This document shows positions 22,105 through 28,326 of a stretch of 28,326 bases of DNA, piece by piece. Location of the stretch: the NCBI GenBank assembly GCA_046596815.1, contig JBKJLU010000197.1, forward strand, positions 1 through 28,326. Direction: 5' to 3'. Made by a program: the position numbers and the translations under genes. Below the pieces are notes generated by a model. That model saw only the letters and a list, made by a program, of their open reading frames with translations. It made no database searches and was not told the DNA's origin. Position 1 is the stretch's first letter, and each line of letters starts with the position of its first letter. The stretch comes from Acidimicrobiales bacterium. Its GTDB lineage: Bacteria > Actinomycetota > Acidimicrobiia > Acidimicrobiales > CADCTF01.

Positions 22105-22329
22105 ATGCGGACGTATCGCTTCTACGGGTTCACGCCGACCGGAGCCGTAGAGATGGCGTCGGCCCTCAACGAGGACGGCATGCAGGCCGCCGTTCTCGAC
22201 CCCGGGGCCCGTCCCCTCCCCGGCTGGGTGGTCGAAGCCGACGGAGAAGACCAGAGCGAGGGCCTGCTCGAGATGCTCGCCCAATTCTTCGGTGGCGCGT
22301 ACGAAGGCGAGAATCTCTCCGGCGCGTGA
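22105..22329 (+). CDS. Small hypothetical protein (74 aa), possibly RraB-like
   Basis: MRTYRFYGF...VEMASALNEDGM...LLEMLAQFFGGAYEGE. The C-terminus resembles the 'la...gG.YdG' end of RraB-type domains (by recall only). Confidence 0.55.
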   Translation: MRTYRFYGFTPTGAVEMASALNEDGMQAAVLDPGARPLPGWVVEADGEDQSEGLLEMLAQFFGGAYEGENLSGA

Positions 22330-22396
22330 TGAGCATCCGCGTGCCCGACTTGCCGCCTCGGTAACTTCGAGCCAGGCCGCACCTCCGGGAGGCGAG

Positions 22397-23110
22397 ATGG
22401 ACACAAGCGACGATTTCGATCTCCTCGGCAAGGCGGTTGCCCGGGTACTCCGTGAGAGCTTCGCCGTAGCCGCCGACGTACGAGCGACGGCTTCGACACG
22501 CATCGATGTCGACGAACGTGCCCTCGACGAGCGTCTCGAGCGAATCTTTGCGGAGGCGACCGAATTGGCGGCGCGAGCGCAGCGCCGCCATGACCAGTCG
22601 AACGCCTCGTTCGATGTCGCCCTCGAGAGCACGCGCCGCGAGGTCGAGGAGGTCCTGTCGAGCTCCGTCGCCGAAGCCGAGGCCATCCGCGCCCAGGCCC
22701 TGGCCGATGCCCGCACCATCATCGAAGGGGCTCAGGCCGAGGTGTCGAGGGCAAAGGAGTTCGTCGCCGAAGAGCGCGTCCGTCTCGATGCCGAGCTGAA
22801 GGACCTCGTGCGTACGGTGCACCGTTCGGTTTCAGCCCTCGAGCGCTCCGCCCAGGGCGACCACGACCAATTGCTGCAGCGGGCGACATCCGAAGCCCAG
22901 ATGATTCTGCGCCAGGCCCGCCTTCATCACCGGTCGACGGCGCGAGAGGTCGACCGCATGATCGAAGCGGCCGCACGCGAGGCTGCCGCCCTTCGGAGTT
23001 CGGCGCTGTCCGACGCCGCTCGGGTCGCGGCCCGGGTGCGTGGCGTCGTCGATCTCGACGCCGCCGACGAGCCGTCGGCGCCGGCCCGGCTCCGCCCCGT
23101 CGCCAGCTAG
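22397..23110 (+). CDS. Coiled-coil protein (DivIVA/FilP-like composition, no canonical DivIVA N-terminal motif)
   Basis: SD GGGAGG before ATG 22397; TAACTT -10 at 22362-22367. A/E/R-rich helical repeats (AEAEAIRAQALADARTIIEGAQAE). Its TAG overlaps the convergent TAG (CTAG 23107-23110). Confidence 0.75.
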   Translation: MDTSDDFDLLGKAVARVLRESFAVAADVRATASTRIDVDERALDERLERIFAEATELAARAQRRHDQSNASFDVALESTRREVEEVLSSSVAEAEAIRAQALADARTIIEGAQAEVSRAKEFVAEERVRLDAELKDLVRTVHRSVSALERSAQGDHDQLLQRATSEAQMILRQARLHHRSTAREVDRMIEAAAREAAALRSSALSDAARVAARVRGVVDLDAADEPSAPARLRPVAS

Positions 23111-24648
23111 TTGACCTGGCGGTCGCGACCCTCCCAGTAGGGCGACCGCAGCTTGAACTTCTGCAGTTTGCCCGTGGCCGTACGATCTAGTGCGTCGCGA
23201 AAATCGACCGACGTCGGGCACTTGTAGTGGGCGATGCGGCTGCGGCAGAAGTCGATGATCTCCCGCTCGTCGGCCGTCACCCCCGCCCGTAGGACGACGA
23301 GCGCCTTCACCGTCTCGCCCCACTTCTCATCGGGGACGCCGATGACCGCGCACTCGGCCACGGCCGGATGTTGGAACAGGGTGTCCTCGACCTCGATCGA
23401 CGACACGTTCTCGCCGCCGGAGATGATCACGTCCTTCTTGCGGTCGGCGATCACCACGTACGACCCGTCGAGGTAGCCGCCGTCACCGGTGTGGAAGAAA
23501 CCCGCGCGGATGGCCTGGGCCGTCTCGTTCGGCTGTTCCCAGTACCCCTCGAACACATGGTTGCTTCGCGCGCAGATCTCCCCTTCGGCATCGATCTCGA
23601 TACGCACCCCCAGGACGGGCGCCCCTGCGCGCGAGAGCCGACGGGCCTGTTCGGGGATGTCGACGTCGTCCCACTCCGAACGCAGTCGGTTCATCGTCAG
23701 CAACGGCGACGTCTCGGTGAGGCCGTAGATCTGGATGAACTCCCATCCGAGCTCTTCCATCACCCGCTCGATGGTCTTCGACGGTGGCGGCGCGCCGGCC
23801 ACGACCATGCGGACCTGGTCGCGTCCCGGCACCTCACGACCCGTGGCGCGCCGCGTCGCCGCGGCGTCGAGAACGGCCGCGACCACGGCCGGAGCGCCGC
23901 ACAGAAGGGTTACCCCGTGCTCCTCGATACGGGTGAGGATGTCCTCGCCGTCGACCTTGCGCAAGACCACCTGCTTCACGCCCATCGATGTCACGGCATA
24001 CGGCATACCCCAGCCGTTGCAGTGAAACATCGGCAACGTGTGCAAGTACACGTCGCGATCACTCACACCGGCGTTCCAACCGAAGTTGGTGGCATTGAGC
24101 CAGGCGTTGCGGTGGGTGATCTGCACGCCCTTGGGACGCGCCGTCGTTCCCGAGGTGTAGTTGATGCTGGCGGTCGCGTTCTCGTCTGGCTCCCAGGCGA
24201 GTGGGTCCGCTTCACGATCGGCGAAGAGCTCGGCGTCGGCCATGCCGTCGAGCAGGATTCGCTCCTTGGCCGTCACCCCGGCCAGCGCTTCGTCGAGCTC
24301 AGGATCGACCAGGAGCACCGACGCCCCGGAGTGCTCGACGATGTACGCCACTTCCTCGGCATTCAGCCGGAAGTTGATGGGGACGAGCACCCGACCGAAG
24401 GCGCTGACGCCGAAGAAGGCGATGACGAACCGGGCGGCATTCGGACTCACGATGGCGACCCGCTCACCTTGGGCCACCCCCAACCGGTCGAGGGTTGCGG
24501 CCATGTTGCGAGCCCGCCGAGCGATCTCGGCGTACGTCAATGCACCGAGATCACCAGGCACGCCGGGCTCGTCGACGACGGCGACCCGGTCTCCGTAGAC
24601 GGACGCCGCCCGCTCCAGAAAGTCGCCGACCGTCAAGGGAACCTGCAT
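23107..24648 (-). CDS. Acyl-CoA synthetase / AMP-binding enzyme (long-chain fatty acid-CoA ligase family)
   Basis: Motifs INYTSGTTARPKGV, LPMFHCNGWG, QIYGLTETSP, FHTGDGG, DRKKDVIISGGENVSSIEVE, TATGKLQK; SD GAGAGG. Confidence 0.95.
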   Translation of the reverse strand: MQVPLTVGDFLERAASVYGDRVAVVDEPGVPGDLGALTYAEIARRARNMAATLDRLGVAQGERVAIVSPNAARFVIAFFGVSAFGRVLVPINFRLNAEEVAYIVEHSGASVLLVDPELDEALAGVTAKERILLDGMADAELFADREADPLAWEPDENATASINYTSGTTARPKGVQITHRNAWLNATNFGWNAGVSDRDVYLHTLPMFHCNGWGMPYAVTSMGVKQVVLRKVDGEDILTRIEEHGVTLLCGAPAVVAAVLDAAATRRATGREVPGRDQVRMVVAGAPPPSKTIERVMEELGWEFIQIYGLTETSPLLTMNRLRSEWDDVDIPEQARRLSRAGAPVLGVRIEIDAEGEICARSNHVFEGYWEQPNETAQAIRAGFFHTGDGGYLDGSYVVIADRKKDVIISGGENVSSIEVEDTLFQHPAVAECAVIGVPDEKWGETVKALVVLRAGVTADEREIIDFCRSRIAHYKCPTSVDFRDALDRTATGKLQKFKLRSPYWEGRDRQVN

Positions 24649-24683
24649 ACCGAACGCCTCTCGTTTCCGTCCCGTCGCTCGGA

Positions 24684-24699
24684 CGTGACTCTTGTCACG
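24684..24699. promoter_or_regulatory. Candidate CRP/GlxR-type binding site
   Basis: cGTGA-CTCTTG-TCACg matches 8 of 10 positions of TGTGA-N6-TCACA. It lies between the divergent acyl-CoA synthetase and rpf genes. Confidence 0.55.
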
Positions 24700-24716
24700 A
24701 CCACGCTACCCAACGT

Positions 24717-24823
24717 TTACCTGCGGTTCCTCGGGGGCAGAGCTACCGCATCCCTCGCACGCGGTGCGTGTGGCGCGGTCCGCCCGGGCTCCGCCTCCGC
24801 CGCTCCCCCAAGGACTGTCAGGT
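24717..24823 (+). ncRNA. Candidate structured cis-regulatory leader of rpf
   Basis: Nested complementarity found by eye: ACCUG/CAGGU, CGGUUCCU/AGGACUG, GGGGG/CCCCC, AGC/GCU, ACCGC/GCGGU, CGCAC/GUGCG. The stem buries the putative SD AAGGA. No known riboswitch consensus was recognised. Confidence 0.35.
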
Positions 24824-24825
24824 CA

Positions 24826-25338
24826 ATGAGACGCCTGGCGGTGATCGTGCTCTTTTTTGCCGTCATCGCTGCCGCCCAATGGGGCCTCGAGCCCACTTCT
24901 CGCGCTGCGGGTGCCCCGTCGCCGCCGCGCCAGCGGTCGACGACACTCGACCAGGCGCGGGCTTCGGTCCCCCTCCCTCGCCATGTCGCGCTCGCTCCTG
25001 TCCCTGGGCAACCTCAGGACCCAAAACTCGAGGAAGCAGCCCGGCGACGGATGGCGGCCCGCCAAGCGGCGCGGGCCACGCGGTCAGCTGCTCCCCGAGG
25101 TGACGTTTGGTCTGCGCTCGCCCGCTGCGAATCCGGTGGGAATCCGGCGGCTCGCAGCTCCAGCGGCCTGTACTTCGGGGCCTTCCAGTTCAGCCTGGCT
25201 ACCTGGCGCAGCCTGGGCTACGGCGGCAACCCTGCGGACCACTCGTACGACGACCAACTTGTCGCGGCACAGCGATTGCAAGCGCGGTCGGGATGGGGTC
25301 AGTGGCCCCGATGCTCCCGGCGCCTCGGGCTGCGCTGA
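24826..25338 (+). CDS. rpf: Resuscitation-promoting factor (Rpf)-type lytic transglycosylase, secreted
   Basis: Signal peptide MRRLAVIVLFFAVIAAAQW; Rpf domain VWSALARCESGGNP (catalytic Glu), GAFQFSLATW, QLVAAQRL, GWGQWPRC. Confidence 0.92.
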   Translation: MRRLAVIVLFFAVIAAAQWGLEPTSRAAGAPSPPRQRSTTLDQARASVPLPRHVALAPVPGQPQDPKLEEAARRRMAARQAARATRSAAPRGDVWSALARCESGGNPAARSSSGLYFGAFQFSLATWRSLGYGGNPADHSYDDQLVAAQRLQARSGWGQWPRCSRRLGLR

Positions 25339-25345
25339 CCAAGGA

Positions 25346-27565
25346 CTAGCGGCCGCCGAAGAGTCGCGGAAACCGTCGGCGCTTTGGGAGATCATCCTCG
25401 TCGATCGAGGACTCGCTCGATGCCGGGTCGACGGGCTCGATCGCCGAGGTCGTCGGACGCACCGCCGGGACGGACCGGTCACGGCTTCGCGAGCCGATCA
25501 GCGGCTCGCGATCGACGGGGAGGCGCACCGGGTCGACGGCCCGTAGTTGTGGCACGGGCGCCGGTGCGATCGCCTCGATCTTCGCCGCCGCGAGATCCCT
25601 TCTGGCCGGCTCGAAATCGGCAGTGATCTGACGACGCCGCTCCTCGGCCTCTGCTTCCGCTCGGGCCAGGGTGGAGTCCGCTTCCGTCGTCGCCTCCTGA
25701 AGGCGCCGGGCGAAGATCGACGCCGCCTCCGCCTTCACGACGTTCGCTTCGTCGATCGCCGTCGCCGTGAGCGTCTCCATCTCTTGCTCGATCTCCTGGC
25801 GGCGAGCGGCCGCTGCGGCTACGGCCCCGGAACGGATCTCCTCGGCCTGGCGCTCGGCCGCTTGCAGCAGATCGTCGGCCTGCTCCTGTGCAGCCGCCAG
25901 GATCACCTCGGTCTCGGCGGCGATGCGGTGGTCGGCATCCTCCTGCATGCGCTCGACCTGCGCCCGGCCGTCCTCGACGATCTCCGCTCCGAGACGCCGG
26001 CCCTCCTCGATCGCCTCGGAACGCAAGCGCTCGGCTGTCTCATGCGCCTCGGCCATGAGGGTGTCGGCGCGACGTTGGGCGTCGGCCAGCAGCAACTCGG
26101 TTTCGGCCACCGCCGCGGCCCGCTCGGCCTCCCGCGCGGCGGCACCTTCCCGATGAATTCGCTCGACTTCAACCTCGGCCTGGGCCGCGGCTTCGGCGAC
26201 GATGCGGTGAGCCTCATCGTGGGCGGCGGCGGCGGCTCCGGCAACGACGGCCCGCCGCTCCTCGGCCGCCTCGTCGAGCCACTCCTCGGCCTCCGCCGCA
26301 GCCTCGGCCAGGACGGCGGCGCGATCCTCGACCAGTGCCGCCCGGTCGCGTTCGAGCTGGGCTTCGAGCGCGGCCAAGCGATCGGCGAACGAGCGACGAT
26401 GTTCCTCGTTGTCCCGCAGGAGCGCGGCGCGGGCCGCAGCCACCTCGGCCTCATCCCTGCGGCGTCGCTCGGCCGCTTGCCCGTCGAGCTCACGTTGGCG
26501 TTCGCGCAATGTTTCGACCGCCGCGTTGTGTTCCATCTCGAGTCGGGCGGCGCGCTCGGCCTGTTCGCGTTCGAGCGTTTGTCTGCGCTGATCGACGTCG
26601 GCCAGTGCCGCGTCCTTGCGGGCCGACAACTCGGATTCGAGGGTGCGCCGCTGCTCCTCGATGTCGGCCATTGCCTCGACGTGCTGGCGTTCCAAGACGG
26701 CGGCCTGCTCGGCCAGCCGCCGATCGAGCGCCTGTTCTCGGCTGGTGACCTCGGACAGTGCCGCCGCCAGCCGATCCGAGGCGTGTTCCTCGACCTCTCG
26801 ACGGCGTTGCTCCAGGGCGGCGAGCGCGGCTTCTCGTTCGGCCCCAAGGGCATCGGCCCGCTGCTCGACGCGGCGATGGTGCTCGGCGACCTCGGCCATC
26901 GAGATCGCGTGCTCGTTCTGGAGCGCCTCCCGTTCGCGTTCGAGTTCGGACCTGGCTCGCTTCGCCTCGCCTCGCAGGTCGACCCGGATCCGGGCGATCT
27001 GCTCCTCGGCCTCGGCGACGAAGGCCGCCGCTTCGACTTGGCCCCGCTGGCGGGCCGCCTCCACTTCCCGCTCCGCCGCTTCGGCGGCCGCGGTTGCGGC
27101 CTCCGCACGGATGCGATGGGCCTCGACCTCGGCGATGCCCCGAACCCGCTCGGCCATGGCCTCTGCATCGGCCCGCACCCGAACCGTGGCCTCGTCGGCC
27201 CGGCGGCGGATGAGCACGGCCTCGTCCTCGGCCTTCGCCTGGAGGTGGCGGCGCTGGTGCTCGGCCTCCATTCGCTGACGGACGAGGTCGGCGCCGGTTT
27301 CCCGCTCGACGCGGCGGATCTCTTCCTGCCTCCGGCGGACGTCGTCGAGCAGCCGCGCCCGCTCGGTTGCGGCCGCCGCCATGGCCCGCTGGTACAGCTC
27401 GGAGCCCACGACCGACGCCTCGCCGACACCGCTTGTCGGAGAAGTCATGTCGGCCTTCGGCCGCAAGGCTCGACGCCGCGACGCATCATCGCGGCGCTCG
27501 CCGTCGAACAGTTCGAGTTGTGAGTCCTCGCCCGACTTGTCAGGCGGTTCCTCGTCGTTGGACAC
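25346..27565 (-). CDS. Large coiled-coil protein (739 aa; Scy/DivIVA-like composition)
   Basis: About 600 aa of A/E/R-rich helical repeats flanked by disordered ends. It begins 17 nt after the PilB/GspE stop, and its codon usage is that of the coding strand. Confidence 0.8.
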   Translation of the reverse strand: MSNDEEPPDKSGEDSQLELFDGERRDDASRRRALRPKADMTSPTSGVGEASVVGSELYQRAMAAAATERARLLDDVRRRQEEIRRVERETGADLVRQRMEAEHQRRHLQAKAEDEAVLIRRRADEATVRVRADAEAMAERVRGIAEVEAHRIRAEAATAAAEAAEREVEAARQRGQVEAAAFVAEAEEQIARIRVDLRGEAKRARSELEREREALQNEHAISMAEVAEHHRRVEQRADALGAEREAALAALEQRRREVEEHASDRLAAALSEVTSREQALDRRLAEQAAVLERQHVEAMADIEEQRRTLESELSARKDAALADVDQRRQTLEREQAERAARLEMEHNAAVETLRERQRELDGQAAERRRRDEAEVAAARAALLRDNEEHRRSFADRLAALEAQLERDRAALVEDRAAVLAEAAAEAEEWLDEAAEERRAVVAGAAAAAHDEAHRIVAEAAAQAEVEVERIHREGAAAREAERAAAVAETELLLADAQRRADTLMAEAHETAERLRSEAIEEGRRLGAEIVEDGRAQVERMQEDADHRIAAETEVILAAAQEQADDLLQAAERQAEEIRSGAVAAAAARRQEIEQEMETLTATAIDEANVVKAEAASIFARRLQEATTEADSTLARAEAEAEERRRQITADFEPARRDLAAAKIEAIAPAPVPQLRAVDPVRLPVDREPLIGSRSRDRSVPAVRPTTSAIEPVDPASSESSIDEDDLPKRRRFPRLFGGR

Positions 27566-27582
27566 GCCCCATCTTCGCCGAA

Positions 27583-28326
27583 CTAACCGACGGCCCGGAG
27601 GATCTCCTCGATGCTCGTTTCGCCGGATGCGGCCTTCTGCAGGCCGTCCTCGCGCATCGGCACCATCCCCTGCTCGATGGCCAACTGTTGGACGTCGCGC
27701 GGGATGGAATTGTTCACGACGAGGTGATCGATCTCCTCGGACATCTCCAGCACCTCGTGCACGGCGATACGCCCCCGGTAGCCGGTGTTCGTACAGGCGT
27801 TGCAGCCGACCGGACGGAAGAACGTGTGGCCGGTGTTCTCGTAGACCCAGTCGGGCAGTAGGCCCACCAGGTCCTCCTCCTTCGAGGGGTCGAGCGGCTC
27901 CTTGCAGCGTTCACACAACCGGCGGGCCAGGCGCTGGGCGACGATGCAGTTGAGCGACGACGTCACCATGAACGGTTCGATGCCCATGTCCAGCAGGCGG
28001 ACGGGGGTCGATGCGGCGTCGTTGGTGTGCAGCGAGGTGATGACGAGGTGGCCGGTCAGGGCCGCCTCGCAGGCGATCTTGGCCGTTTCTGGGTCGCGCA
28101 TCTCGCCGATCATCACCACGTCGGGGTCGGCTCGCAGGATGGAGCGCAGCGCGTTCGGAAAGCCGAGTCCGGCTTTGCGGTTCACCTGCATCTGCTTGAC
28201 GCCACCGAGGCGGTATTCGATCGGGTCCTCGACGGTGATGATGTTGCGACTGGGCTGGTTGAGCTCGGCCAGCGTCGCGTACATCGTCGTCGACTTCCCC
28301 GAGCCGGTCGGCCCGGTGACGATGAT
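27583..28326 (-). CDS. PilB/GspE family type IV pilus / type II secretion assembly ATPase (5' part outside window)
   Basis: Walker [11 protein letters not shown], Asp box ITVEDPIEY, Walker [16 protein letters not shown], His box [14 protein letters not shown], tetracysteine CERC...CNAC, GYRGR. Confidence 0.95.
   Translation of the reverse strand: MIVTGPTGSGKSTTMYATLAELNQPSRNIITVEDPIEYRLGGVKQMQVNRKAGLGFPNALRSILRADPDVVMIGEMRDPETAKIACEAALTGHLVITSLHTNDAASTPVRLLDMGIEPFMVTSSLNCIVAQRLARRLCERCKEPLDPSKEEDLVGLLPDWVYENTGHTFFRPVGCNACTNTGYRGRIAVHEVLEMSEEIDHLVVNNSIPRDVQQLAIEQGMVPMREDGLQKAASGETSIEEILRAVG

Noticed and set aside
20764-22722. 652-aa version of the MATE ORF from the track
   Set aside because: The first roughly 210 residues are antisense to two plus-strand genes (22105-22329 and 22397-23110) and have no MATE features.
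24700-24825. Known riboswitches (c-di-AMP/ydaO, glycine, lysine, SAM-IV, c-di-GMP) upstream of rpf
   Set aside because: Only isolated fragments resemble them (for example ACUGUC, UCAGGU); the conserved cores are absent. The region is kept as an unassigned structure.
23368-24825. Long N-terminal extension of the rpf ORF (656 aa in the track)
   Set aside because: It is antisense to the acyl-CoA synthetase. The signal peptide defines the real start at ATG 24826.
25547-27523. 658-aa plus-strand ORF and a 508-aa alternative-frame minus-strand ORF (25903-27429) over the coiled-coil gene
   Set aside because: These are shadow ORFs typical of high-GC repetitive coding DNA, with no recognisable motifs.
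1-28326. CRISPR array, prophage, integron or IS element
   Set aside because: No spaced direct repeats, integrase, transposase, terminal inverted repeats or obvious compositional shift were seen; all tandem repeats lie inside coding low-complexity regions.

Overview
A 28.3-kb window of high-GC actinobacterial chromosome; gene content and synteny suggest Acidimicrobiia-like, which is an inference. It is tightly packed core and semi-core DNA with about 31 CDSs. No rRNA, tRNA, CRISPR array, integrase or transposase was recognised. In order: a 5'-truncated DUF222/HNH protein; a long minus-strand run (selD, rnhB, polar amino-acid ABC binding protein and permease without ATPase, small membrane protein, hypothetical, PNPOx-family flavoprotein); a small hypothetical and a GH38 alpha-mannosidase; a minus-strand run (gpsA, 700-aa glycosidase-like protein, class III adenylate cyclase, tail-anchored receiver protein); cofC/fbiD and a PIG-L deacetylase; HU followed in frame by a stand-alone histone-H1-like protein; class A PBP; CDF transporter; DUF971 and enoyl-CoA hydratase; MATE pump; two coiled-coil proteins; acyl-CoA synthetase; an Rpf with a structured leader and CRP-like site; and a partial PilB/GspE ATPase. 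The main second-look signals are: HU and H1-like ORFs separated by a single in-frame TAG; three genes that appear to start at CTG; clamp-binding-like QL[DE]LF motifs on RNase HII and the large coiled coil; the gpsA-glycosidase-cyclase-receiver operon; and the rpf leader. All calls come from motif recognition by eye, with no database searches.
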